DNA of 64,000 bases from Bdellovibrio sp. (GCA_036677065.1 JAKFBS010000001.1:608001-672000); one strand, 5' to 3'; shown: positions 1-8,854, numbered from the stretch's first letter. The notes: generated by a model not told the origin, from the sequence alone. Made by a program: numbers and translations.

Positions 1-617
1 CCGTGATTACCTTCGTAACCATCGTAATCAGACGTTGAGTGAAATGGTTGAGCGTTATCGCCAACGAAGTGACCCATTAAACCCATGTTCACGATCATTG
101 AATAAAACGCTTTATTAAAAGGTAATTCATCGTTTTGTTCTTCTTTGCTAGAAGCTGGGGCTGGTTGCATGGCAACTTCTTCGGCTTGTGCTAAGGCTAA
201 ACGGTAAAACTGATCGGCTCTCCACCAGTTAGATCCAAGATCTTGCGGAACTGATTGAATGCGCGTGTTGCGTTTGTGCATGTTTTCTTTGCCTGTGTAT
301 TTTTCAACGATGGCTTTGTAATCTGTCGGAACATCTTTAACTGCGATTCCTAAAATTTCGACGTCGATAAAGTGACCTGGGTCACCGTGTTTACGTTGGT
401 CAGCAGATAATGATTTCCAGTAAGTATCTGGAATATTGCAAAGGTGACCCATCACTTGCGGTTTATTTAATAAATAATCTTTTAACGGTTTTGATTGCAC
501 TAAGTGAACTGCAGATTCACAGATTTGGTGATGACCGCGGCCACCCCAGGCCATAGCGTTTTGCGCACTGAACGCGAAACCTGCAACGGCTAACGAAGTA
601 AAAAGTTTAAATGACAT
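1..617 (-). CDS. Secreted S1/P1 nuclease / Zn-dependent phospholipase C-fold protein (partial, runs off window start)
   Basis: Manual translation from ATG at 617: MSFKLFTSLAVAGFAFSAQNAMA-WGGRGHHQIC...NIPD...HFID. Signal peptide followed by the W-G-x-x-G-H mature N-terminus. Absent from the ORF track because it is truncated. Confidence 0.75.
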   Translation of the reverse strand, partial: MSFKLFTSLAVAGFAFSAQNAMAWGGRGHHQICESAVHLVQSKPLKDYLLNKPQVMGHLCNIPDTYWKSLSADQRKHGDPGHFIDVEILGIAVKDVPTDYKAIVEKYTGKENMHKRNTRIQSVPQDLGSNWWRADQFYRLALAQAEEVAMQPAPASSKEEQNDELPFNKAFYSMIVNMGLMGHFVGDNAQPFHSTSDYDGYEGNH

Positions 618-744
618 AAAAAAGGCTCCCTTTGCTAATTTTAAGCAGGCCTAGTTTTGCTTTGGCGCTTGGCGCTCATCAAGTTATTTCTTTGTTAGTG
701 CTTACGTGTTGCGCATGGCCGCGTTTTCTTCTATATAAAACGCT

Positions 745-1482
745 GTGGATTCAAAGACAGAGACCTTCACCTTCAAACCGATTGGCTTTATTAAAAGCTG
801 TTACCCCGATAAATTCGGGGTGCCTAGGCAATCGGGCTTAGTTAAACAAACTGTGTCTGAACTTGCGATCGCGCCTGAATGGCAGCCTGAATTTGCGCTG
901 CAAGGTTTAGAAGAGTACTCGCATGTATGGGTGACTTGGGTTTTTCATTTAAATTCGAACACGAAATATCATCCGAAAGTTCATCCACCTAGATTAAAAG
1001 GTGAAACGATTGGTGTGTTTGCAACCCGTTCTCCGCATCGGCCGAATCCTTTGGGATTATCTTTAGCTACGGTTGAAAAAATTGAAGGTGGGAAGATTTA
1101 TTTAGGCGGTTTGGATTTAGTGGATGGGACGCCGATTTTAGATATTAAACCGTATCTTCCGCAGTTTGAGTCTTTACCTGAAGCTCGCGGTGGTTGGGCT
1201 ACGAAGGATGAACATCAGGTTTCTGCGATTGAAGTTAGTTTTACGGATGAGACGCGTGCTGTTTTGAAATCGTGGTCTGTTCGTTTAGACAAACCAGAGC
1301 TAGAATCTGTAATTGTTGGGGTTATCAAGCAAGATCCACGTCCTGTGATTTATCGTGGGTTCGAAGGGCAGAGTGATGCGCCTTATCGCAATGAACACGC
1401 TTTCAGGTTGTATGATGGAGATGTTCATTTTCGTTTTACTGCTTCTACACAAGCCGAAGTTTTCACTATCAAATTTAATTAG
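745..1482 (+). CDS. tsaA: tRNA t6A37 N6-methyltransferase TrmO/TsaA
   Basis: KFGVPRQSGL, GVFATRSPHRPNPLGLS, DLVDGTPILDIKPY and QDPRP motifs. Confidence 0.93.
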   Translation: MDSKTETFTFKPIGFIKSCYPDKFGVPRQSGLVKQTVSELAIAPEWQPEFALQGLEEYSHVWVTWVFHLNSNTKYHPKVHPPRLKGETIGVFATRSPHRPNPLGLSLATVEKIEGGKIYLGGLDLVDGTPILDIKPYLPQFESLPEARGGWATKDEHQVSAIEVSFTDETRAVLKSWSVRLDKPELESVIVGVIKQDPRPVIYRGFEGQSDAPYRNEHAFRLYDGDVHFRFTASTQAEVFTIKFN

Positions 1483-1494
1483 GTATAAAAAATG

Positions 1495-1528
1495 AAAAGC
1501 TGCAAGGTGGATAACCTGGCAGCTTTTT
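1495..1528 (+). terminator. Intrinsic terminator after tsaA
   Basis: aaaagctgc-aaggt/acct-g-gcagcttttt stem-loop with T tract. Confidence 0.7.
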
Positions 1529-1581
1529 CGTGATATCTGGCATCCGCTTTCGGATTTAGTAGATCCGGAAAGGAGGTCGCC

Positions 1582-1692
1582 ATGACCAAATCCAAGTATT
1601 TGCGTTATCGGCGTCTACTTAGTATTTCTAAAGAAGTCCTAAGATTATTTGTGATGATTCTTGGAATCATAATAGTAATTCGAAGTATTTAG
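1582..1692 (+). CDS. 36-aa basic/hydrophobic small membrane peptide (type I toxin-like)
   Basis: MTKSKYLRYRRLLSISKEVLRLFVMILGIIIVIRSI*, with a near-perfect SD (AAAGGAGGT) just upstream. Confidence 0.6.
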   Translation: MTKSKYLRYRRLLSISKEVLRLFVMILGIIIVIRSI

Positions 1693-1698
1693 AGATCT

Positions 1699-1860
1699 AG
1701 CTTGCTGCACGTTCGTTCTTAGATCTTGATTTGCAATCAAGACCATCGTCTTGTGATGATGGCATCCTACGGACAAGGGATTTAAAATCCTTGTGTGTTC
1801 AGATAAAACAGGGACGGAGAGCTGTCGGTGTTATCCGCTCTTGGAGTGGTTGTAGAGCTT
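1699..1860 (+). ncRNA. Candidate structured RNA (several adjacent hairpins)
   Basis: Hairpins at 1724-1742, 1743-1762, 1773-1794 and 1835-1849. G-U-compatible pairs favour the + strand. Confidence 0.4.
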
Positions 1861-2003
1861 GCGATTAAGTCCGTTTAATTATTCTTTAACAAGAGAAGCT
1901 GTATAACTTTTTGACGTTGATGAAAAAGCGTAATTCCAAAATAAAATAGTATTTATACTTGCGTCCTATATGGTAAATATTCACCATCATTGGGGGAATA
2001 TCT

Positions 2004-2309
2004 ATGAATTTTTTAAATCGCAAAGTTAAGGTCTTATTAAGTCTGGTCGGAATAGCGACAAACGCTTCAGCGCTTGCGCAAACACCATCTGCGTCTGCGC
2101 AAAATCAGGAACTAGGTCAGTTTGAACAGCAACAGTATTCACAAATCTCAGCGTCACAAAACTATCAAATTGTATCTCAAGACGAATTGCTCAATGCACT
2201 TCAAAATAACAAACTTGAACAATTGTTATTGAAAAAAGGGATATTAATTCAGAAACCTTCGGCGGATGGTACAATCTGTAAACAAACTGGTACTGGCGAC
2301 GGCGGTTAA
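2004..2309 (+). CDS. Putative secreted RiPP precursor peptide
   Basis: SD gggggaa. Sec-like signal ending ASALA, Gln-rich middle, C-terminal SADGTICKQTGTGDGG. First gene of the YcaO operon. Confidence 0.6.
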   Translation: MNFLNRKVKVLLSLVGIATNASALAQTPSASAQNQELGQFEQQQYSQISASQNYQIVSQDELLNALQNNKLEQLLLKKGILIQKPSADGTICKQTGTGDGG

Positions 2310-2316
2310 TTCTTTT

Positions 2317-3843
2317 ATGAAAAAAATCGGGATACTTTTTTTTTGTGCAACAATTTTTGTTGGTTTATTCTTGTGGAATAAAGCAAATAAGGGTGAGGCT
2401 ATGAGTGATATAAGAATATCTTGGTATGCAGGTAATAAAATAGAAACTCATGATCCAGCGGATATTCAATTTGCGGCGCCAGCCGTGCTATTAATGAACC
2501 TTTATACTTCGCTTTTAGTTTTTAACAACAAAAGCGAGATGGATTTTGGCTTGATTCAAGCGTTTAACTGGATCAGCGATAGCGAAATTGAATTTAAATT
2601 TAATGAAAATTTGCGCTCTAGTAAAAATGATCTTATTACTGCTAAAGATGCGTACTTGAGTTTTAAACGGCTCATGGTTAAGCAAACTAATACCCATGGT
2701 GATTTGCAAAACTTCTTATGTCCTGACGTTAAGCTTAACAACATAAAAGACGAATGTCCGGGCCTGCGATATGAAGGAAATAGTTTATTCTTGAAAACTC
2801 CAGATCCTAAATTAGCCAAGTTTTTGTTGCCGCTGATAGCGAACTGCGATTTTGGTATAATACCGGCGAATGCTATAGATTGGACGTCGAGCGATTTGAA
2901 AATTATCGACTATGCCAATACAAGCGGGCCGTACTTTGTAGAAGCTACTAATGAAAAAGGCGAGCATGTTCTGAGGGCTAACAAAAACAGCCCTCTATAT
3001 CATTCAGAGATGCCACAGGGGTTTCGTATTGTTCCCGTTCTGGATGCCTCGTCTCCGACTAAGTTAAAAAGTGGCGAAATTAACATGATTTCTACAATTG
3101 ATCGCACACAGCCAGATGATTTTTTAGCCTTTGAGCAGAATTCGGAATATAATGTCCACAAAACTTCTGATTTAAAAGTGACCGCAATGGAATTCACGAC
3201 TGTAGGTCAAAAAAAATTGACTGAGAAGGAACGTTTAGCTCTCGGAAGTTTGGTAAAAAGGATTACAATAAACAGTTGGCCATTACAAACAGCCTTTAAA
3301 AAGGCGGACCAATTTTTTCCACCATTTGGCGAAGCAAGTCTTTCTGATATTCAGTTACAAGAAATTCAATTGTTATACGAAAATTCCGGTAGCTTGCCGC
3401 TTAAAAATATTCGTATCAGCGTTGAAGGCTATAAACTTGAATTCTATAAAAATTTATTCGTAGATTACAAAAACATTGAGTTTATTAAATTCAACGGGAT
3501 GCCAAATTCGAAAAATGAAGAAGACATGGAAGATGCCAGCATTGTACCTGGAGACACGGGTTTTTATGAGAATATCTCGTTAATCAGTTACTATATGACT
3601 ACCGGGTCTTTTGGTTATGATGATAAAAAATCAGCGAACAAATGGATTCAAAATTACATAAAAATCGATGATAAAAGTGAACGTTTAGCTAAACTTAAGC
3701 AATTGCACTTCGAAGTATTGGCTAAGGGGGTCATTATTCCAATTTCGCTTACACCTTATTATGCGGTAGTGCGAAAAGATTGGAAGATAGATTTTCATAG
3801 GCATTTTGCAGGAACCCCACTATGGATGATGCGAAAAAATTAA
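2317..3843 (+). CDS. ABC-type peptide substrate-binding protein (family 5, OppA/DppA-like), N-terminally anchored
   Basis: DPA...LYTSLL, ITAKDAYLSF and TSGPYFV motifs. Start moved to MKKIGILFF at 2317, just after the upstream stop. Confidence 0.75.
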   Translation: MKKIGILFFCATIFVGLFLWNKANKGEAMSDIRISWYAGNKIETHDPADIQFAAPAVLLMNLYTSLLVFNNKSEMDFGLIQAFNWISDSEIEFKFNENLRSSKNDLITAKDAYLSFKRLMVKQTNTHGDLQNFLCPDVKLNNIKDECPGLRYEGNSLFLKTPDPKLAKFLLPLIANCDFGIIPANAIDWTSSDLKIIDYANTSGPYFVEATNEKGEHVLRANKNSPLYHSEMPQGFRIVPVLDASSPTKLKSGEINMISTIDRTQPDDFLAFEQNSEYNVHKTSDLKVTAMEFTTVGQKKLTEKERLALGSLVKRITINSWPLQTAFKKADQFFPPFGEASLSDIQLQEIQLLYENSGSLPLKNIRISVEGYKLEFYKNLFVDYKNIEFIKFNGMPNSKNEEDMEDASIVPGDTGFYENISLISYYMTTGSFGYDDKKSANKWIQNYIKIDDKSERLAKLKQLHFEVLAKGVIIPISLTPYYAVVRKDWKIDFHRHFAGTPLWMMRKN

Positions 3844-4820
3844 TTCATTGGGCTCTTAATTTAAAGCCTGAGTATAAAGTCGAAATTTCAAATTTTGATT
3901 GGCCTCGGCGGTTTGCTTTAGATCAGTTAGATTATCATTTTAAATTTGAATATAGAGAGCAAATTTACGATGGGCGTGGGTTAGCCGAATCGTCAGAAAC
4001 TGCTTTAGTAAAAGCAATTGTAGAAGCTGTTGAGCGAACTGTAATAGATAAACATAAATTGAAAAACAGTAACGGAATAGCTGCGCATTTTGATTCTGTT
4101 CAAGCAACAGAAAGTGCGTTATGTGAATTAATAGAACGAGACATTTTTTTATGTAACTATCTATGTGTTGAAGCCGGTGTTCAGGAAATTGGTGAAAATT
4201 TGCTACCAGATTCCTGCCTCGCAACAGTAAAAGAGTTTGAAAATAAAAGTGTCGATATCCGTTTTTATGAACTTGGAATGTTATTGAATCGAACGGTGAT
4301 TTTAGCGATAACAAATGGCTTTGCCCGGCCAAATCCATTTGGATGCGTGATTGGTCTTGGCGCAAATTTTATGAGAGATAAGGCTATTGCAGCAGCTTTT
4401 AGTGAAGTTGCAAGAAATACGGTGACTTATATAGACCGCAATAGTTGCATTGAGTGGAAGCAGTCTGAAGACGATTTTTTTAACGAAGGTGTCCAAAGTT
4501 TTTCAATTTTAGAACATGGCAAAGTTGCTTTATCTGAATCATATGGTCGCTGGCTGTGGAATTATTTTCTAGAAAAGAAAAAATATCAAATTAAAGATAA
4601 TGATATTCGAGAAAACGAAATTGAAATTGAAATATTAGATCTTGACCATGTTTTCGGAGAACTTGGCATTAAAGTTGTGCGAGCCCAATCCAAAGCTATG
4701 CAAGACTTGTTCTTTCACAAAACTCAACCGCAAAAAATTAATCTAGAACGCTTGAATCGATACATGCAAGCGGTATGCAGTTTTGAAAATATCAACCTAC
4801 GAACTCATCCACTGGCATAG
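3822..4820 (+). CDS. YcaO-family ATP-dependent peptide backbone-modifying enzyme (compact, stand-alone)
   Basis: GRG...KAIVEAVER, SNGIAAH, ALCELIERD, GLGA...AFSE and C-terminal THPLA. Confidence 0.85.
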   Translation: MDDAKKLIHWALNLKPEYKVEISNFDWPRRFALDQLDYHFKFEYREQIYDGRGLAESSETALVKAIVEAVERTVIDKHKLKNSNGIAAHFDSVQATESALCELIERDIFLCNYLCVEAGVQEIGENLLPDSCLATVKEFENKSVDIRFYELGMLLNRTVILAITNGFARPNPFGCVIGLGANFMRDKAIAAAFSEVARNTVTYIDRNSCIEWKQSEDDFFNEGVQSFSILEHGKVALSESYGRWLWNYFLEKKKYQIKDNDIRENEIEIEILDLDHVFGELGIKVVRAQSKAMQDLFFHKTQPQKINLERLNRYMQAVCSFENINLRTHPLA

Positions 4821-4822
4821 CA

Positions 4823-5959
4823 ATGACAAATAACGAAAAAAATCAGCTTAGAATTTTGTTAATTAAGTACCAGTTAATTTATTTTGTGATCGTTCTTTGT
4901 TTGTCTTTGGTTATTGTTTTTGGGTATTCCAAAATCCAATATCTATTAGCAGAAAACCTTTTCAAAACAAATATGAATCAATTGTTGGTTCATGATTTCA
5001 GGACTGTCATTTTGAATATGGACCAATTTGTACCAAGTCAGTTTAGTACGATAGAGTTAATTAAAAATGGTCAGGTTATTCTTAGTATCGGATCTCAAAA
5101 AAATCATTTTTTAAACTTTAAAACAGAATTTATTACCAAGGATGAAATGAGTCTAGTGTTTTCAAGTAGTTATAGGCTGATTATCGCTCTAGTTAGCTTG
5201 GTACTTGTATTTAGTTTGATGATTTCACGTTTCATCAACAAATATTTTACACGAACTTATGAAAAGCAAATGGCAGATCAGGCTAAGTTACAAAGAAGTG
5301 AATTGCTCAATGAAATTTCTAAAAAGGTGGCTCATGATATTCGATCACCGCTATCCACGCTTAATATGCTTGCTAGTTTAATCGAAAATTCAGAAGTGCG
5401 TGAAATGCAGCAAGCAGTCACAAAGCAGATAGACCATATAGCGAATGATTTGTTAAATTATTCAAAAAACCATAACTCTAAGGCACATGGGACGCCAGCA
5501 AGCCTCAAGGATTTATTTCTGCAGTTAAAAAAAGAGTACGATTTGAAGATGCTAAGCATGAAATGTTCCATTGTCTTTGAAGATCAATTGGATTCCGATA
5601 TTTCATTAAGTGATTTAACTGTTTTGTATCAAAATATAAATAATTTTATAAATAATTCTGTAGAGGCCAACGCGAAATTTATCAAAGTTGTAATGGGCGC
5701 AGATAAGAGTGTAATTAGCATCGCTGTAATCGATGATGGAATTGGCATGGATGAAGAGGGACTTAAACGAATAGGTAAGTCAGCATTTTCCACGAAAAAC
5801 CAATCAGATGCTTTGGCTAGTTTAGTTAGCTCAGGTAACGGTATTGCAATGCTGAATGCGCTAAAAGCGTTCGAAATTAGAGGCTGGAGGTTAGACATTA
5901 AATCTAATGTCGGCATAGGAACAACGGTTAGTGTACTAATACCTAAAATTGCAATCTAA
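4823..5959 (+). CDS. Membrane sensor histidine kinase
   Basis: Two TM segments. H-box VAHDIRSPL, N-box NFINNSVEA, G1 DDGIGM, F-box FSTK, G2 GNGIAM, and GIGTTV. Confidence 0.9.
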   Translation: MTNNEKNQLRILLIKYQLIYFVIVLCLSLVIVFGYSKIQYLLAENLFKTNMNQLLVHDFRTVILNMDQFVPSQFSTIELIKNGQVILSIGSQKNHFLNFKTEFITKDEMSLVFSSSYRLIIALVSLVLVFSLMISRFINKYFTRTYEKQMADQAKLQRSELLNEISKKVAHDIRSPLSTLNMLASLIENSEVREMQQAVTKQIDHIANDLLNYSKNHNSKAHGTPASLKDLFLQLKKEYDLKMLSMKCSIVFEDQLDSDISLSDLTVLYQNINNFINNSVEANAKFIKVVMGADKSVISIAVIDDGIGMDEEGLKRIGKSAFSTKNQSDALASLVSSGNGIAMLNALKAFEIRGWRLDIKSNVGIGTTVSVLIPKIAI

Positions 5960-5995
5960 CATTAACGGTGTGAAAGAAAGTTATTTAAAATCAAG

Positions 5996-6556
5996 ATGAA
6001 AAAAATCAACCCAATTGAAATTACCATTAAAAGTTGTACCGCTGAAGATATCACTTTTGTAGCTGACTATATAAGTAATTGCTCTGAAGAATTTTTAAGA
6101 TCATTCGGGGCAGATAAGAAAAAGGTACCACCCAAAGAAATTCTTATCGAAAATCTAAGAAAAAATTTAGATGACCATGGTCTTGTAAAGAATTTTGCTA
6201 TCGCCTATTACAATGATCAAAGAATTGGTCATTGTAATGTGAATAATATTGTCGAAAATGATAGCGGGGTGATCCATGCACAAATTTGGGATGCATCGCT
6301 TAGAAATGTCGGGGTTGCTTCAAGCTCGTTAATAAAAGCCTGCGATCATTTTTTTGATTTATTAAACTTTAAAAAAATTATCTTCAAAGTTCCGCACATA
6401 AATGCTTCGGCCAACGGGGTTATGAATAAAATGGGTCTTCCAATTTTGGGCTCAGTTATTTACGAGTTTCCGCTTATGATCGAGCCTATTGCATGTAATT
6501 TGTATGAAGTAGATAGAATTACACTCGATGAACTTAAGAAAAAGCTAACAATTTAG
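5996..6556 (+). CDS. GNAT N-acetyltransferase (RimJ/RimL-like)
   Basis: IGHC...HAQIW...LRNVGVAS...NASANGVMNKMG pattern. Confidence 0.75.
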   Translation: MKKINPIEITIKSCTAEDITFVADYISNCSEEFLRSFGADKKKVPPKEILIENLRKNLDDHGLVKNFAIAYYNDQRIGHCNVNNIVENDSGVIHAQIWDASLRNVGVASSSLIKACDHFFDLLNFKKIIFKVPHINASANGVMNKMGLPILGSVIYEFPLMIEPIACNLYEVDRITLDELKKKLTI

Positions 6557-6566
6557 TTTTTAAAAT

Positions 6567-7136
6567 TCAAGATTCAATAAACTTAATAAGACGATTAAAT
6601 TTTTTATTATCAGCTTCTTTTAAAGCGCAAATGTATTCTGTGCGGTCTTGATTCGTACGAACACCCCATGTAGGTATTATTTGATTGTACTTTTCTGCTA
6701 ACAGCTCTGTATGTAGTCGCGCATAGCGACCATTTCCATTAGGGAAGGGGTGAATAAAGACTAGTTGATGATGAAATCTAGTAAGAATCTCATTCCAAGG
6801 ATAAGATTGAAATTCAATCCAAGTTTGAGTATTTCTCATAAGCTCAACAACTTGAGTAGAAATTTGGTTTTTATCAATACCAATGCTTTTATCGGTTAAG
6901 CGATAAGTGCCTGCCCATTTCCAAACATCGCCGTACATTTTTTTATGTAGTTTGCGAACGAAAATTTCGTCTAAGATTTCTTTTCTGTATTTTAAGCCCC
7001 AGTTTTTTCCATTTAGAATATTCTGTTGTTCCAGAGTGTTTAGTTCGCCTTGATTGTCTATGTCTGGAATTAAGCCTTCGATCTCGTTCGGATCAAGAGG
7101 TGTAGCGCCTGGAAGGTATTCAGGTGCGAATTTCAT
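6567..7136 (-). CDS. Fic-domain protein (mobile mystery protein B type)
   Basis: HPFPNGNGR Fic motif. PGATPLD and LHKKMYGDVWKWAG are typical of the family. Confidence 0.9.
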   Translation of the reverse strand: MKFAPEYLPGATPLDPNEIEGLIPDIDNQGELNTLEQQNILNGKNWGLKYRKEILDEIFVRKLHKKMYGDVWKWAGTYRLTDKSIGIDKNQISTQVVELMRNTQTWIEFQSYPWNEILTRFHHQLVFIHPFPNGNGRYARLHTELLAEKYNQIIPTWGVRTNQDRTEYICALKEADNKKFNRLIKFIES

Positions 7137-7612
7137 TTTTTAGATTTTTTCCATAATCGCACATCGAGATCTTTTTTTAGATCTTGAGCTAAGTTTTTAA
7201 TTTGATCTTGGGTGGTGGTGCTATCTACTTCTTGTAGTTCCAAACTCATAGAGTGAGGTACCCCAGAGGCAATTTTTTTCGCTAAAGCCATCGTTTTTTG
7301 ATCTAATAATTCATTAAACGAGTTATTGGGAGATTTGGGAACGATCATATATATTAGTTCGCAATCCATCGCTTCCGCAGCTTTACCTAGGCTCTTCAGA
7401 GATACTGTTTTTTTACTTTCGCCGTTCTCTAATTTTGTGATGGTATTAACTGTTACACCCATCAACTCAGCCAACTGTCTTGTGGATATTCCTAAAGCAC
7501 CACGAACTGTTTTGACCCAACCCTTTTTCAAAGTAGGGCGAGTTGAAAGAGCTTTGATTTTAAGATCAAGAATTTGCCTTTGTTGATGCTGAGCCTTTTT
7601 ATTGGTTTTCAT
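7133..7612 (-). CDS. XRE-type HTH protein (mobile mystery protein A type)
   Basis: GWVKTVRGALGIS-HTH, AMDCELIY, HSMSLELQ. 4-bp overlap with the Fic gene. Confidence 0.88.
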   Translation of the reverse strand: MKTNKKAQHQQRQILDLKIKALSTRPTLKKGWVKTVRGALGISTRQLAELMGVTVNTITKLENGESKKTVSLKSLGKAAEAMDCELIYMIVPKSPNNSFNELLDQKTMALAKKIASGVPHSMSLELQEVDSTTTQDQIKNLAQDLKKDLDVRLWKKSKK

Positions 7613-7617
7613 TCATA

Positions 7618-7718
7618 TATGATCAACTATAGGTGTACATAAGTCAATTTTATGATCAACTATAGGTGTACAAAATCAGTACTTATGTATACCTATAGTC
7701 GTACATAAGTACTGATTT
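7618..7718. repeat. Operator-like repeat cluster upstream of the HTH/Fic pair
   Basis: tatgatcaactataggtgtaca exact at 7618 and 7651; inverted 18/22 copy at 7686-7707; perfect 17-bp inverted repeat 7673-7689/7702-7718. Confidence 0.85.
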
Positions 7719-7848
7719 ACCTGTCTAAACCCCATACACCCCTGAAAAATCGCCATATTCGTGCTTAACACGTCGCCATTCTCTAGAGATTCTGCTCAAA
7801 TTGTGGTTTATTGGTCAGGTTTAGAAAAACATAAGGTAGGGGAGTCTC

Positions 7849-8826
7849 ATGCAAACGCAAGATAACAAAGCTCAATCGACGTTACGTAAAGTTCCAACAT
7901 TAAGCCTTGGCAGCTACACGCGTGGCTCTGAAGCAGACAAAGTTAAGTTCATTGAACAACTTTTTACGGGAATCAAAGATTACGGCTTTATCGTTTTAAA
8001 AGATCATGATGTTGATCCTTCTTTATTAAAACAAGCTTACGAAGTTTTAGAAAAATTCTATGCATTACCAGACGCAACTAAGCGTTCATACATTTCTGAA
8101 AAAGGTGGCGGTCAACGTGGCTACACAGCTTTCGGAACAGAGCACGCTAAAGGCGCTGAAGTAAAAGATTTAAAAGAATTCTGGCATGTCGGTCGCGAAG
8201 TTCCAGACGATCACCAGTTTTCTAAATACTATCCAAAAAATATTTGGCCAGATGATAATCTTGCCGAATTTCGCCCGGTGTTCGAGAAATTGTTCGCGCA
8301 ATTAGAAACTGCCGGCATCCAAATGATGGAAGCTTTAACTTATCCGTTAGAAGTTGAAAAAACTTATTTTAAAAATATGGTTCAAGAAGGTAATTCGATT
8401 TTACGTTTACTTCATTACCCACCGATTCCTGAAGGCACTGATCCTCGTTGCATCCGCGCTGCGGCTCACGAAGATATTAACTTTATCACGATCTTACCTG
8501 CGGCTACGCAATCGGGCCTGCAATTAAAAGATCGCGATGGCACATGGTTAGACATCGAATCTGATTTTGGCACATTGATCGTTGATGCTGGTGACATGTT
8601 AGCGCGTATCACGAATGAAGTGATTCCATCGACTACTCACCGTGTGATTAACCCGCAAGATGGTACGAATAAATCTCGTTATTCAATGCCATTCTTCATG
8701 CATCCACACCCAGAAAGCTTATTAAGCTGTCTGCCTTCATGTCGCGGTGCTGGGGCTAAATACCCGGATATCACGGGTCACGAGTTCTTAATGCAAAGAC
8801 TTCGCGAAATCGGCTTAATCAAATAG
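7849..8826 (+). CDS. 2-oxoglutarate/Fe(II) oxygenase, isopenicillin N synthase family
   Basis: RGY, DLKE, LRLLHYPP, HED (HxD), THRV and RYS motifs. Confidence 0.92.
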   Translation: MQTQDNKAQSTLRKVPTLSLGSYTRGSEADKVKFIEQLFTGIKDYGFIVLKDHDVDPSLLKQAYEVLEKFYALPDATKRSYISEKGGGQRGYTAFGTEHAKGAEVKDLKEFWHVGREVPDDHQFSKYYPKNIWPDDNLAEFRPVFEKLFAQLETAGIQMMEALTYPLEVEKTYFKNMVQEGNSILRLLHYPPIPEGTDPRCIRAAAHEDINFITILPAATQSGLQLKDRDGTWLDIESDFGTLIVDAGDMLARITNEVIPSTTHRVINPQDGTNKSRYSMPFFMHPHPESLLSCLPSCRGAGAKYPDITGHEFLMQRLREIGLIK

Positions 8827-8854
8827 TTTTAAATCGTTACCCAAGCAAAAAAAT

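Noticed and set aside
632..841. 69-aa ORF overlapping tsaA
   Set aside because: Spans the divergent promoter and overlaps tsaA out of frame; no recognisable features
3822..4820. YcaO locus as a classical TOMM/thiopeptide or TfuA thioamide cluster
   Set aside because: No E1-like/ocin-ThiF partner, flavin dehydrogenase, lanthipeptide dehydratase or TfuA nearby
7618..7718. Direct repeats as a CRISPR array
   Set aside because: Only two direct copies, with an 11-bp spacer, and no cas genes. Fits an operator better.
1483..7720. Island as prophage, IS or integrative element
   Set aside because: No integrase, transposase or phage genes and no flanking direct repeats seen; only composition and gene content suggest acquisition
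7849..8826. 2OG-Fe(II) oxygenase as a tailoring enzyme of the YcaO cluster
   Set aside because: Separated by the opposite-strand HTH/Fic pair, has its own SD and terminator, and looks host-like in composition. Not excluded, but unsupported.
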